A stretch of 61,627 nucleotides of DNA from positions 1 through 61,627 of IMG/VR virus record IMGVR_UViG_3300023109_000023. One strand, written 5' to 3'. This document shows positions 15,986-26,468 of this stretch, in pieces (within the stretch, counting starts at the first letter, position 1; each line of letters opens with the position of its first letter). The notes beneath the pieces were generated by a model. It made no database searches, was not told the DNA's origin, and saw nothing but the letters and a program-made list of their open reading frames with translations. This DNA is from a virus (lineage: Duplodnaviria > Caudoviricetes). The position numbers were made by a program, and so were the translations under genes.

Positions 15986-18043
15986 TTAAAAAAATTCTAT
16001 CGCGTATAAATCCCACCCAGTTCTTGACGTAACAGCCTCGACCCTTATGAATGCTATGAATCCTGTGGTCTGTCCCTTGTCTAAAGATATAGCTACATTA
16101 CCGTCTGCTTTGTGAAGGTTCTGCATAATATCTTTATCGGCATTGATTATTGTTCTGTTTTCTACACCTATTTGACCTGGACCATTTGGGCTGGCGTTGC
16201 TCCTATTCCCAAAACTTGCTATAGCCGAATCAGCACTTGTGTTTGTTACTGTAGCCTGCGGTTGAGTTTGGAATTGGCCACCAACCGCATCTCCACCTCC
16301 ACCAGTATATAAAAACCTTGTGACTGTAAAAGTGCCTACTCCATGAGGGCTATTGCTATTTATCAATCTATCCCCAACATAAAGCGAATCTGCCACCAAA
16401 TGAGCAGGATCCCCTGGGTTAGTAGCACCGTCAGGGTTAAAATATATCTGAAACCTGTCTGGAACATTCTGAGCATCAAAATGACAAACAACTTTTACGG
16501 GATCTGTCCCTACAACTAAAGGTATATCATAAAGACCCTGAGCAGCACTAAAGTTGACGGTATCCCCCCTAGAAACCCCAACGCCTATTTCTACCGATGT
16601 TTCATTACTGTCAGACTGACCATCATTGACTTTGTACTTAAATTCATCCACCATATCAAAACTATCGTCATGTTGATATTTAATATGACTTCCATTTGGG
16701 TCAGGATTTCCGCCTGCATCTGTAATAGTTGCGGTTCCATGTGCGGGTGCCTGTGTAATTATGATTGTTAATGTATCTCCATCTGGGTCAAAGTCATTAC
16801 TCGTAACATCAATTATAACAGACCCACCTTTTCTTCCAACGGCTCTAGGGTCTTTATTGGCTATGGGTGGAAAATTGTCAAGAAAAACTCTTGCTAGTAA
16901 ATCTATTTTGTTTTCAGTTACTTCAAAGCTGTAACTATTTCCATCAACAATCTTTCCGTCAGTATCATCAATAGATTGTATTAAATATCTATCTCCAGGA
17001 TCAGGTATGGTAAATGTTGCGACATCTCCACACTTGTATGTTTGATCAAATAAAACCTGTCCATCCCTACTATCACCATAACCTATTGATTTAACTTGGA
17101 CCTGATAGCTCGGAACCTCAACAATCGCCGTAAGGTTAATATCTTCAGTCATCCTTACCTTCGTCTTATTGGAAAATTTATCTAATACAGCGGCACCAGA
17201 CCATTCAATGAATTGCAAACACGCACCCCCAGCATCAGCCTCAAATTCAACAAGATCGTTTCTTTCATAAGGTCCTGCTCCTATAAAATCTATAGTACCA
17301 GGATCTTGAAGGGAGTCTTTGTCAAGAGCACTAAGTGTTAAATCAAATGTCACTAGGCCAAAATGCCCAGTTATTACTTTGTCCCTATCCATAATTATAG
17401 TACTATGAGGATCTAGCCGATCAGTCACCTCATCTCCATCCCAATATTTAAATTCTAAATTATCGGTATCATTACCTACTCCTCTTAATTGAATTTCTCC
17501 GTCATTTGGATATATGCCAGTAAAAGCACTAGTACCATCTGCATGTCTAATGATTAATTGTCTATTGTAAAATAATGGAAAGGGATCGTCTTTATCTAGC
17601 ACACCATCATTATCATCATCAGGATCATAATCATTAGTAATTCCATCTCCATCAGTATCTAATTTTAAGTAATTTAAACCAAAATCAGCATCCTGAAGAT
17701 CGGGAATACCGTCATTGTCAAAGTCATATGGATGTATGTCTTCATCGTCAGGTATCCCATCTCCATCTGAGTCTGGGTAAACTTTAAAAGTTTCTAAAGT
17801 GCATTCTGTATAGCTAACTTTATTTCTTGCAATAGCTATGTATTTAAACTTGCCAACTGAATTCAGTTGATCAATATATGTGCCATTAGATATTCTATTG
17901 GTAACATATATGGGTTGTGTAGAGTTAACTATTCTATCGCAACTTCTCAATGCGCTACCTTTATATATTTCAATAGTATCAATATCAGATGTGTCATCTG
18001 GCGTCTCCCATGAAACCAATATATTGTAAGGCAGGTAGCTCAT
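15986..18043 (-). CDS. Virion adhesin-like protein: FN3-like N-terminus, thrombospondin type-3-like Ca-binding repeats, InlB-B-like repeats, cadherin/Big_9-like Ig domain
   Basis: DSDGDGIPDDED/DNDGIPD/DTDGDGITND/DDDNDGVLD repeats; PPIANKD...IDVTSNDFDPDGDTLTI...PAHGT...F.YKVNDG. Confidence 0.7.
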   Translation of the reverse strand: MSYLPYNILVSWETPDDTSDIDTIEIYKGSALRSCDRIVNSTQPIYVTNRISNGTYIDQLNSVGKFKYIAIARNKVSYTECTLETFKVYPDSDGDGIPDDEDIHPYDFDNDGIPDLQDADFGLNYLKLDTDGDGITNDYDPDDDNDGVLDKDDPFPLFYNRQLIIRHADGTSAFTGIYPNDGEIQLRGVGNDTDNLEFKYWDGDEVTDRLDPHSTIIMDRDKVITGHFGLVTFDLTLSALDKDSLQDPGTIDFIGAGPYERNDLVEFEADAGGACLQFIEWSGAAVLDKFSNKTKVRMTEDINLTAIVEVPSYQVQVKSIGYGDSRDGQVLFDQTYKCGDVATFTIPDPGDRYLIQSIDDTDGKIVDGNSYSFEVTENKIDLLARVFLDNFPPIANKDPRAVGRKGGSVIIDVTSNDFDPDGDTLTIIITQAPAHGTATITDAGGNPDPNGSHIKYQHDDSFDMVDEFKYKVNDGQSDSNETSVEIGVGVSRGDTVNFSAAQGLYDIPLVVGTDPVKVVCHFDAQNVPDRFQIYFNPDGATNPGDPAHLVADSLYVGDRLINSNSPHGVGTFTVTRFLYTGGGGDAVGGQFQTQPQATVTNTSADSAIASFGNRSNASPNGPGQIGVENRTIINADKDIMQNLHKADGNVAISLDKGQTTGFIAFIRVEAVTSRTGWDLYAIEFF

Positions 18044-19473
18044 TTTAATCTGTCGATATCAATTTCAACAATATTTGATTCGTCAAGTACCCTTATCACT
18101 TCTAAATCTTCAGGAGCATCAACATCTTCAAGAACCCTAGTAATATCAAAATCATGCGGAGTATGCTTTTGTGAAGGAGTACATTTGTCATCTCTCCAAT
18201 TTGGGAATGAACCACTAGCAAACACTCCATGCTCAGTACCCACACAGAATGTAAAACTACAAGATACGGTAGATTGAGAACCCCCTATGCCTGCATTTAA
18301 AGAATAACTTTCAAACTTAGCATTATCAATAACAAAACGCATAAAGCTATCTTTACTCCTAGAAGGTAAACAAGATATAGTGCAACTGTTATTTAATAAT
18401 AAATCTATTTTATATTCTCTATCACTACACAACATTGGCTTAATATTTCCAGTGTTAAAAGCGCTAGATAATAGTTCAATAGTAAGGGCACCGATTTGAG
18501 GTAATTTTAATCTTCTACCATATACATGCAAAGATTCCATTCCGTATAAATCTTCCCTTTCGAAGGGAACACTCAAATCAAAAGCCTGTATATTTGCGTG
18601 GCCTCTAGAGCATTCACCGACATAATCTCCAGAGATTATTGGTCCCCCAAACTCTAAATTATCTAATTCTATTGTAATCCCACCAGGCGCTATTGCCGAT
18701 GTAGCGGATTTGTATATATTAGGGTCAAAAACATAACCAGTCCCTTCTATAATAGAAGCCCTACCTGTTAGGTCTAAAGACGGGATTGGGACTCCAGAAA
18801 CTTTTTCGATCTGCTCGTCTCCTTGCAGTGTAACCTTTCCAGCCTCTCCTTGAAGTCTTATAAAATCAAAATCATTTACATCTTCATTGTTGAGTAGGCT
18901 GGCGAGCTCTTTAAGCTCTCTCTCAAACTCAAAAGACCCAACACAAGAATAAGTCATGTTAGAGCAAGCCATAGATACATTAGCTGTAGCAAAAGAGCCT
19001 ACAGATGCACTGACCGAATAGTTTGTTATAAAACAATTACCAAACCCTGCTGCGTCTGTACCCTCGAAATTATTATCTTCCCTATAATAACTAACCAAAT
19101 CAAAAGGCTCTTCTCCTACTAAAAAATAAGCCGATTTATCTTCTTTAATTCCCTTGTGAATTGTGCCATTCATAGGGTCGTATCCAGACGCAATATTTAA
19201 ACCCATTACATGCTCTTCATGTCCGTCCGTCAAGAAGTATTGAAAACTTAGATCAATTGTCGGTTGAGAAATTACTTTTCTAGCAAGGTAGTCGTCCGAC
19301 CCTATTTGAGCTACATCTTGCCTGACAGCGGAAACATTAAAAGTTGCCGTCTGAACCCTGTTAAGAAATGTTAATACATCTGAGTCGGGTTTATGTGCTG
19401 GAGAATCTGTAAGAAATAATCCTACAGAGTTGTATCTTATAGCGTTCCGTATATGTTTAGGGGAGGTGGACAT
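18040..19473 (-). CDS. Tail tube-like protein, divergent paralog 3
   Basis: RNAIRYNSVGLF...LNRVQTATF...QPTIDLSFQYFLTDG...GFGNCFITNYSVSASVGS aligns by eye with 21017-22573 and 22608-24167. Confidence 0.6.
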   Translation of the reverse strand: MSTSPKHIRNAIRYNSVGLFLTDSPAHKPDSDVLTFLNRVQTATFNVSAVRQDVAQIGSDDYLARKVISQPTIDLSFQYFLTDGHEEHVMGLNIASGYDPMNGTIHKGIKEDKSAYFLVGEEPFDLVSYYREDNNFEGTDAAGFGNCFITNYSVSASVGSFATANVSMACSNMTYSCVGSFEFERELKELASLLNNEDVNDFDFIRLQGEAGKVTLQGDEQIEKVSGVPIPSLDLTGRASIIEGTGYVFDPNIYKSATSAIAPGGITIELDNLEFGGPIISGDYVGECSRGHANIQAFDLSVPFEREDLYGMESLHVYGRRLKLPQIGALTIELLSSAFNTGNIKPMLCSDREYKIDLLLNNSCTISCLPSRSKDSFMRFVIDNAKFESYSLNAGIGGSQSTVSCSFTFCVGTEHGVFASGSFPNWRDDKCTPSQKHTPHDFDITRVLEDVDAPEDLEVIRVLDESNIVEIDIDRLK

Positions 19474-19525
19474 ACATAATGTATATACACCTCCCCTAAG
19501 AAAGTAAGAATACTAAATTCTTATT

Positions 19526-20998
19526 TTAGTAACGATAAATAAGAGTTTGATCAGTTGTTGGAGGAAATGTTTCTCTCCACACCAAATCACTAGATCCGTT
19601 TTCTGTAGCAATGCCTCCACTACTGTAACTGATGTTAGCTCTTCCAGCTGTACTGTCGAGACGGAATTGATTATCGTTAACAACGTCAATTGTATAACTT
19701 CCATCGTATGCAACATCTACACCAGAGATTACAATCGTATCTCCATCTGTTAGTCCGTGATTTGTTACAGTTACTACGGCATCCGTAGTAGCTTGAGCAG
19801 ACGCAAAGGTTTCAATCTCTAAAGCTCTAACAGTATTGGATCCTCCTGAAGCTACATAACTTCCAGCATAATTTCCTGCTGGGTCAGCACCTGCAACACC
19901 TGCAGAACCTACTGATTGATCATAGTCTTCGATGAAGTTTTCTGAAAGAAGATTCCAGTAACCAAGGTCCGAAAGTTCGTTAGCTGTCGTGATAGTTAAT
20001 ACTGCAGCATCAGTAGCGGTAGCTGTACCAGATGAAAACTGCAAAGGAGCAGCGAGCGCTGGAATTTCTTCCCAGTATTCGTTACTTGCAGAAGGATCAG
20101 CTAAACGTGTGATCTGTGCGGCATCAAGAAGGTCAGCGACCTCTGTAGTCTCTAAAGCATAACCTGTGGAATTTGCAAGAATAACTTGAACTCCACCAGT
20201 ATTAAGTGCCCATACATAACTTGGCAAGCTTCCTGAAACGACTGCACTTTGGTCTGCAAAGATAGCGTCTGTAAATGTACTTGCAGAAGTGAAATCTACA
20301 TTGCTTCCAGTAGAGTTAAGGTAGTAACCAGCGGCGCTAGAAGCAGCTCCAGCTCCGATGTCATCACCAGCATAATAAAACCATGCTCCGCTTGGTACTA
20401 CACTAGTAGCGGAAATCTTACCGAAGTAAGGAGCTGTAAACCTCCTATGTCCACTTGTTCCAGCAAAAGTGTAATCAAGGACATCAACAGTTCCGCCACC
20501 TGTGAAGGCAGCACCTACAATATCAGATGTAAGTAAAGCAGGGATTAATGCTTTGTCTGAAACTAAAATATTCTCATCAACATAAGCATCCGCAGTGGTG
20601 GAATCATTAACTCCGCCAGTAAAGATTTCATAAGAGCGTTTAAAATATTTGTTGTTCTTCTTGTAAAGCCCATCGGCATCAAAAGCTTCCATTTCCGCAG
20701 AAGTGGTAGCTGTTGTGTCAATCGCAGCAAGATCTCCATTTTTAACTAAGTTAAAAGAAGATTGTGATTCAAGAATGGAAGTGTGTGCATCTCCAAGGTC
20801 GTCAACAGTTGTGAACCTCATAAGGTCACCTGCGACGATATTAAATCCAGCAGCTGTAGCTGGGTCATACTCTTTAGCGGCCCATCGGCACTCATAAACG
20901 AAACCTTCTGTGGCTCCACTATCTGCTGCGTCGAAGGAATTTAACACTGTTTCGCCTTTGGCGACTTGGGCTAATGCTGATTGTTTTATTAAACTCAT
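19526..20998 (-). CDS. Acidic Ala/Thr-rich virion protein with a C-terminal beta-barrel (xHGLxxGDxV type) domain
   Basis: 490 aa; VTVTNHGLTDGDTIVISGV...YDGSYTIDVVNDNQFRL motif common in phage tail proteins. Confidence 0.55.
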   Translation of the reverse strand: MSLIKQSALAQVAKGETVLNSFDAADSGATEGFVYECRWAAKEYDPATAAGFNIVAGDLMRFTTVDDLGDAHTSILESQSSFNLVKNGDLAAIDTTATTSAEMEAFDADGLYKKNNKYFKRSYEIFTGGVNDSTTADAYVDENILVSDKALIPALLTSDIVGAAFTGGGTVDVLDYTFAGTSGHRRFTAPYFGKISATSVVPSGAWFYYAGDDIGAGAASSAAGYYLNSTGSNVDFTSASTFTDAIFADQSAVVSGSLPSYVWALNTGGVQVILANSTGYALETTEVADLLDAAQITRLADPSASNEYWEEIPALAAPLQFSSGTATATDAAVLTITTANELSDLGYWNLLSENFIEDYDQSVGSAGVAGADPAGNYAGSYVASGGSNTVRALEIETFASAQATTDAVVTVTNHGLTDGDTIVISGVDVAYDGSYTIDVVNDNQFRLDSTAGRANISYSSGGIATENGSSDLVWRETFPPTTDQTLIYRY

Positions 20999-21016
20999 TT
21001 TAATTATTCCTGTCTA

Positions 21017-22573
21017 TTAGTTAATGTAGTTCATGGCAATCTTAGACTCGTAGTACTTAGTGCCTACTTGAATGACTTTGCCTGCAAGATACTGTCTTGA
21101 AATATTGAAAGGTTCCGCATCGGGCGGTACCTCAGAAAAGAAAGGAACATTTTCCTCGCCTTGTTCATTGATCCATGCTGGAGGAATGCCTGGGATAGAA
21201 GCTTTAACATTTTCTTTACCCCATAGGAATAATCCTCTATGAGCATCATCGGCTCCACCAATTTGGGTAGAAAATACCAAATCAACACTTTTATTTTCTC
21301 CGATAGAAGAACTAAAGTTCTCAGACTCAAGTCTAGCTCCCTTTAATGTAAATTTAATGGCTTCTGCATCACTCTTAACATCACATCCATAACATTCTGG
21401 ATCAAATACTGTGACAGACACTTCGTGTTCATCGCATCCGCAAAGAAGATCAATCATATTTCCTGATTGTAAATCGGAAAGTGTTGCACTAACATTGAAT
21501 GTCGCTGTTAATGGAAAGTCGATTGACTTAGAAAAACCAAATGTAGAACCAAGACGTTGCAATGTTGTTCTAGCTAAAGGAAGGTTGATAGCACAAGACT
21601 GGATGTGAGCACTTCCACGAACTGGAGCGTCAAGACTTCCTGTTACCTGCTTACTAATCAACGATTGTCCAGCTAAATCTAGAACCACATCTCCTGGTCG
21701 AAGGGCTGCAGTATCGCCGCATCCTGCGTAACCACTGTCTGCTTGAGGAAGAGAGAACAATCCAGTACAACCAGCTTCTGAAGCTGGCTTGCATTGACCA
21801 CGTACTCCATTGTGCCATGCATCACTAATTACAGCTGAATTAGCTGTATCAACAGAAGGAAGGTCCAATCCAGTGGCTCCAACGTCACTACGGATATTCA
21901 TGCCTTCAACCGTGCAGCTTACAGTAGGAATACTTCCTACGGAAATATCGATACTATAGTCGGTAAGGAAACCATTTCCAAGAGAAATGACCGTTTTCTT
22001 TTCATCTCTTCCCTCTTCGTCCAAAGTAACATCAGCACCAATTGCATCACGAGCTTCAGGAACAGTTAAGATGAAGAAGTTGTGACCAGCTTGGTAAAGC
22101 TCTGGAGACATAGCCCCACTCAAAGCATTAGTTTGGCCATTGGTTACGAATTCAAGCATACGCTCGTTGTAACCGTCTAACAAGTAATAAGAAAAATCAA
22201 GATTAACAGTCGGGGAGTCAATAACAATAGAGTCAAGCTTAGAAAGTTGACCGTATTGATTGATGTCTTGCTTGTTAATAGTGAAGCCATAGTTCGCACT
22301 CTGGATTCTTTTTAACTGTTTGATGATAGAACCGTGGCCTTCTGCATAATTAGCATCAGATCCATCTGGGTTCCACTTTGGCCATTGGTCGCCGCAGCGC
22401 CATCCAACCATTTGACCCTTTGAATTGACCCCGCCAGCAGCTTGGTCAGAATTAAGAGGAGGTGTCATTAGACCGTAACCGCCTTTACCAGTAAAATGGT
22501 ATCCAGTGGAGTCGGGGCTAATGAAGAGCGCCTCTGATTGATAAATTACTCGATTTCTGTGAATAGATGACAT
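21017..22573 (-). CDS. Tail tube-like protein, paralog 2
   Basis: 518 aa; highly similar to the upstream gene (HRNRVIYQSEALF, KQLKRIQS.NYGFT, ARLESENFSS.IG.NK.VD). Confidence 0.65.
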   Translation of the reverse strand: MSSIHRNRVIYQSEALFISPDSTGYHFTGKGGYGLMTPPLNSDQAAGGVNSKGQMVGWRCGDQWPKWNPDGSDANYAEGHGSIIKQLKRIQSANYGFTINKQDINQYGQLSKLDSIVIDSPTVNLDFSYYLLDGYNERMLEFVTNGQTNALSGAMSPELYQAGHNFFILTVPEARDAIGADVTLDEEGRDEKKTVISLGNGFLTDYSIDISVGSIPTVSCTVEGMNIRSDVGATGLDLPSVDTANSAVISDAWHNGVRGQCKPASEAGCTGLFSLPQADSGYAGCGDTAALRPGDVVLDLAGQSLISKQVTGSLDAPVRGSAHIQSCAINLPLARTTLQRLGSTFGFSKSIDFPLTATFNVSATLSDLQSGNMIDLLCGCDEHEVSVTVFDPECYGCDVKSDAEAIKFTLKGARLESENFSSSIGENKSVDLVFSTQIGGADDAHRGLFLWGKENVKASIPGIPPAWINEQGEENVPFFSEVPPDAEPFNISRQYLAGKVIQVGTKYYESKIAMNYIN

Positions 22574-22607
22574 GATTTTTTTTCCTCGTGTATTAATGTA
22601 TTAAAGT

Positions 22608-24167
22608 TTAAGCCCTATAACCTAAGATTTGCGCATCCGTGATACCATTAGCAGCAAGATCTGCAGCGACAGCTGCAGTTAAAACTCCGTCACTTGGATG
22701 TGCTGGTATGTTTACCGCTCCTCCTCCTCCTGTCCACGCTGGAGGGATGCCGTGATGGGAGTTTTGACTAGCGCTATAGCCAGACAAAAATACTCCATTT
22801 CTTGAGTCATCTGCTCCTCCTACTTGTACTGTAAATGTCATATCTACAGTTTTATTGTCGCCGATTGTCGATGAAAAATTCTCAGACTCTAGACGACAGC
22901 CTTTAAACCCAAATTTCATAGCAGCTTCACCTGTTTTCAGGTTACAAGAAGCACACTCTGGTGGGTAAATTGTTACAGTTAAATCTACAGACCCACATTC
23001 ACATAATAGATCAGCAACATTTCCACGCTTCACATCTGCGAGAGATGCTGAAACATTCATTGTCGCTGTAATGGGTACATCGATAGATTTTGAAAATCCA
23101 AAAGTATTACCAAGTCTTTGGAGTGTGGTCCTAGACATCGGAATGTTCATTGAAACAGACTGGATATGAGCAGTACCTCTTTGAGGCACATGACTATCTC
23201 CAGAATTTGAAATTGAAATAAGGGATGAGTCTTTTAAATCTACCACAACATCTCCAGGCCTAAGTGCTGCAATATCGCCACACCCTGAAAAACCAGTCAC
23301 TGCTGCAGGTAATGAATAAAGACCCGTGCATGTGTTTGTATCACTATGCATAACTTGATTGTTATCAGTATCATACTCCCATGCGTCACTAATTTTAGAA
23401 CCGTCGGTCAACCTGATGGCTGGAAGATTTAATCCAGTTTCTCCAATGTCGCTTTGCATATTCATGCCTTCGACAGTTACATTGGCTGTAGGAATAGAGC
23501 CTACGGCTATATCAATATTGTAGTCTGTAATAAATCCGTTACCTAATGCTATTACTGTTTTCGATGTTGAACCGAATCCTGATTCAGTATCAAGTCTAAC
23601 ATCTCCAGCTACCGCGTCTCGGGCTTCAGGTACAGTTAGTAAGAAAAAGTTGTTTCCAGCTTGGTAAAGCTCAGGGGACAGTGCTCCACTCAAAGAGTTT
23701 GTTGCCCCATCAATATTAAATTCTAGTAACCTTTCGTTTTCTCCATCAATAAGGAAATAACTAAAATCCATATTTACAGTTGGCTGTTCTGTAACAATTG
23801 AGTCAAGCCTTGATAGTTGACCGAATTGATTGATATCAACCCTGTTTACAGTGAATCCATAATTGACAGACTGGATTCTTTTTAGCTGCTTAATAACTGT
23901 CCCATGGTCTTTAGCAAGGGCAGCGTCATGGTTAGGATCGTCATAAGGAAAAGCGTTCCAGTCTGGCCAAGCTACTTGCCCATCAAGGGGGTGCCATCCG
24001 CAGAGATATTCGCCCAAGGTATTGGCCCCTGCGATTTCGGTACGGTTTTTGGGAGGAGTCATTAGACCCATTCCTCCATCTCCCGTGAAGTGATAACCTG
24101 TGGCGTCTGGACTTAGAAATAAAGCTTCAGACTGGTAAATTACTCGGTTTCTGTGAATTGCAGGCAT
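22608..24167 (-). CDS. Tail tube-like protein, paralog 1
   Basis: 519 aa; beta-rich, internally duplicated (RIQSVNY... / HIQSVSM...) pattern; located between the head and tape measure genes. Confidence 0.65.
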   Translation of the reverse strand: MPAIHRNRVIYQSEALFLSPDATGYHFTGDGGMGLMTPPKNRTEIAGANTLGEYLCGWHPLDGQVAWPDWNAFPYDDPNHDAALAKDHGTVIKQLKRIQSVNYGFTVNRVDINQFGQLSRLDSIVTEQPTVNMDFSYFLIDGENERLLEFNIDGATNSLSGALSPELYQAGNNFFLLTVPEARDAVAGDVRLDTESGFGSTSKTVIALGNGFITDYNIDIAVGSIPTANVTVEGMNMQSDIGETGLNLPAIRLTDGSKISDAWEYDTDNNQVMHSDTNTCTGLYSLPAAVTGFSGCGDIAALRPGDVVVDLKDSSLISISNSGDSHVPQRGTAHIQSVSMNIPMSRTTLQRLGNTFGFSKSIDVPITATMNVSASLADVKRGNVADLLCECGSVDLTVTIYPPECASCNLKTGEAAMKFGFKGCRLESENFSSTIGDNKTVDMTFTVQVGGADDSRNGVFLSGYSASQNSHHGIPPAWTGGGGAVNIPAHPSDGVLTAAVAADLAANGITDAQILGYRA

Positions 24168-24238
24168 TTTATATACTATGGTTTAATTGTGTTTACTTGC
24201 TAAGAATTACATTATCTTTTTCATAATGTGAAATAAAA

Positions 24239-24820
24239 TTATTCTTGTTTATTTTGGTTATCGCAAAGATTCAAGCAGTCATCACCAATAGCTTGCCTAG
24301 GTACAGATCCATACATATTATATGCATATATCAAATCTTTTAATCTACTATCTACTACTTTTGACATGTCTTGAAACTTTGCACTAACACTCGTTTTATT
24401 TACGGCTGAATTAGAAAGAGACGCAGAACTTCTTTTTATTACTGTATCACCTTCTCTTAATTCAATCCAATCGTTATCTGCTTGAGCCGCACTTGTTGTT
24501 GTAGAGGCTGTAGCATTATTATTAGTAGCTACATTGCTATCGTATATTCCTCTAAGTATTTTTTGAGACTCTCTTCTGTTATAATCCCTTAGGTATATTA
24601 ATTGAAGTATTTCTGATTCTTCATACTGTAATCTTGGGTATGGGTTTCCATCGTCACCAGTAAAATGAAAGCTTTGATTAATCAATGCATTAAGCTCCCC
24701 TAATCTACCACTTAAGGTTCCAGAGATTGTTTGCATTTCTGCGGTTCTATTGTTGTCCCCAGTAATATAACCGAACTCGAAATCCATTAATCCGCTCGCT
24801 ATTTGTCCTATTTGATTCAT
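24239..24820 (-). CDS. Hypothetical virion protein (possible head-tail adaptor)
   Basis: 193 aa ORF in the structural operon; function from position only. Confidence 0.5.
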   Translation of the reverse strand: MNQIGQIASGLMDFEFGYITGDNNRTAEMQTISGTLSGRLGELNALINQSFHFTGDDGNPYPRLQYEESEILQLIYLRDYNRRESQKILRGIYDSNVATNNNATASTTTSAAQADNDWIELREGDTVIKRSSASLSNSAVNKTSVSAKFQDMSKVVDSRLKDLIYAYNMYGSVPRQAIGDDCLNLCDNQNKQE

Positions 24821-24821
24821 T

Positions 24822-25511
24822 TTATAATATTCCTTCTACCCTGCCCCATGCATTTTCTCCATCTATATTTAAATAAAGAGCAGGCTTTTTATCGTAATAT
24901 ACTTCTTTAACAGTAGATAAGTTTATTGATAATCCTGATTCGAGTTTTCTTGTGTCGTATTCTTTTTGGTAAATGTCTAATCTATACCCACCTCTTTTCC
25001 AACAAAGGCCTCCTTCTCCTGGGTAAATATTAGCATGGTCTGCACTACCCCTAGTTCCTTTAAGAAAAAAAGAATCATCATCTATCACCTCTATTTCCCA
25101 TTTTTGATTAACGGTAATATCTACATTAAATATTTCTACATCATCAAAATCTAAAAAACCATGTTGCGGGCAAGTTATAATACAGTTAGCAGCATCTGTT
25201 TGGGGTATAACATCTACAATATTAATTTGGATATCAATCTCTGTAATTTCATAGTCAGCCGCACCAATTCCTTGGCCACCACAATATAGCACCTTAGACT
25301 CTGGCTCAAATACAAACGCTTTTGGTTTTTCCACAATCACTAGCTGATTACTATCTTTATCGTATGTAACTTTAGTAGTAATTATCGCATCTGAAATCGC
25401 GCACATAAATGTCTCATTAGTACCCATGTCTGTTGGACTTGCTACGGGAATCAAGTAACCAGTAGTTGGAACTATTGGTTCTAATTGTCGTATTTTTCTA
25501 AACCCTAACAT
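24822..25511 (-). CDS. Virion fiber-like protein with N-terminal KIRQL module and an xHGF beta-barrel domain
   Basis: MLGFRKIRQL...LIPVA...ETF; ITCPQHGFLDFDDVEI...WEIEVIDDDSFFL resembles the C-terminus of 19526-20998. Confidence 0.55.
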   Translation of the reverse strand: MLGFRKIRQLEPIVPTTGYLIPVASPTDMGTNETFMCAISDAIITTKVTYDKDSNQLVIVEKPKAFVFEPESKVLYCGGQGIGAADYEITEIDIQINIVDVIPQTDAANCIITCPQHGFLDFDDVEIFNVDITVNQKWEIEVIDDDSFFLKGTRGSADHANIYPGEGGLCWKRGGYRLDIYQKEYDTRKLESGLSINLSTVKEVYYDKKPALYLNIDGENAWGRVEGIL

Positions 25512-26425
25512 AATTTTGACTCTAGTTTATTTATTCTTTCTTCTTGGTTTTTTATACACTCTATTAAAAGTGGAATTATCTTATGATAAGCTACTGTAAG
25601 TTCCCCCCTACTATTTGGCTCAACAGCTTCAGGAATTATAGATTCGATTTCTTGAGCTATAACTCCGACATCTTCTTCACCATTTTTATTGGTTTTATCA
25701 TTCCAAGTAAAAGTTACACCATTTATTGCATCTATTAAAGATATAGGGTTTTGTATTTTTTTAACATTATTTTTTAGAGATATGTCTGATGTATAAACCG
25801 CACCTTCTGATAAGGCCCCCCAATTAGTTATAGATAAAGTTCCATCCGCTGAAGCAGATAATCCTCCTCCGACTTTCACCGCCCCTAAAACATTGTTAGC
25901 GGCAATAGGGAGGCTGTCAAGAGCTGCACTTAATACACCATTACTATCTATATTCAACCCGTCTCCAACTCTTATAACTCCTATAGAACCAGCAGAAGCA
26001 ACCCTGAATGCATCGTAATTTAATGTAGTGGTTCCATCTGAAGTTACTAAAAAACCATTACCTACTTTAATTCCACCCAAAGTAGTTGCTGTCGCTTTAG
26101 GTAAAACATTGTAGGTTTCATCAAAAAATTGATTCAAAGTAAAAGAGGCTAGCTCAGCTTGGTTGCCATCTTCAAGGATTATTTTCGAGTCTTCTATAAC
26201 CCCTGTTGCAACAGGCACCCCACTTACCTTTAGAAATTCTGTGAAATCTCCTCCTCTTACATGTCCAGTAAAGTCTCTAGCTGTACCAGAAAACATATCA
26301 TCACAAGTAAACGAACGGGTTTCATATGGCATGTCTGGATGATTTATCGCAATAGCCAATAAATTCTCCCCAGTAAAGTCTTCTGGTGATCCGCTAGGTA
26401 AATTTCTAAGTTTGATTAATCCCAT
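25505..26425 (-). CDS. Fiber protein with C-terminal intramolecular chaperone (peptidase S74-like) domain
   Basis: Three LPxAT..TLGGIKVGxG-type repeats; SDISLKNNV...INGVTFTW...GVIAQEIE..IPEAV...VAYHKIIPLLIECIK. Confidence 0.85.
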   Translation of the reverse strand: MGLIKLRNLPSGSPEDFTGENLLAIAINHPDMPYETRSFTCDDMFSGTARDFTGHVRGGDFTEFLKVSGVPVATGVIEDSKIILEDGNQAELASFTLNQFFDETYNVLPKATATTLGGIKVGNGFLVTSDGTTTLNYDAFRVASAGSIGVIRVGDGLNIDSNGVLSAALDSLPIAANNVLGAVKVGGGLSASADGTLSITNWGALSEGAVYTSDISLKNNVKKIQNPISLIDAINGVTFTWNDKTNKNGEEDVGVIAQEIESIIPEAVEPNSRGELTVAYHKIIPLLIECIKNQEERINKLESKLC

Positions 26426-26468
26426 ATATCTTATGGGATATTACACCTATATTTATATCAGGCGAATA

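Noticed and set aside
20998-21019. Programmed readthrough from tube paralog 2 into the next gene
   Set aside because: Two consecutive stops (TAA TAG) and a separate AGGA ribosome-binding site make readthrough unlikely.
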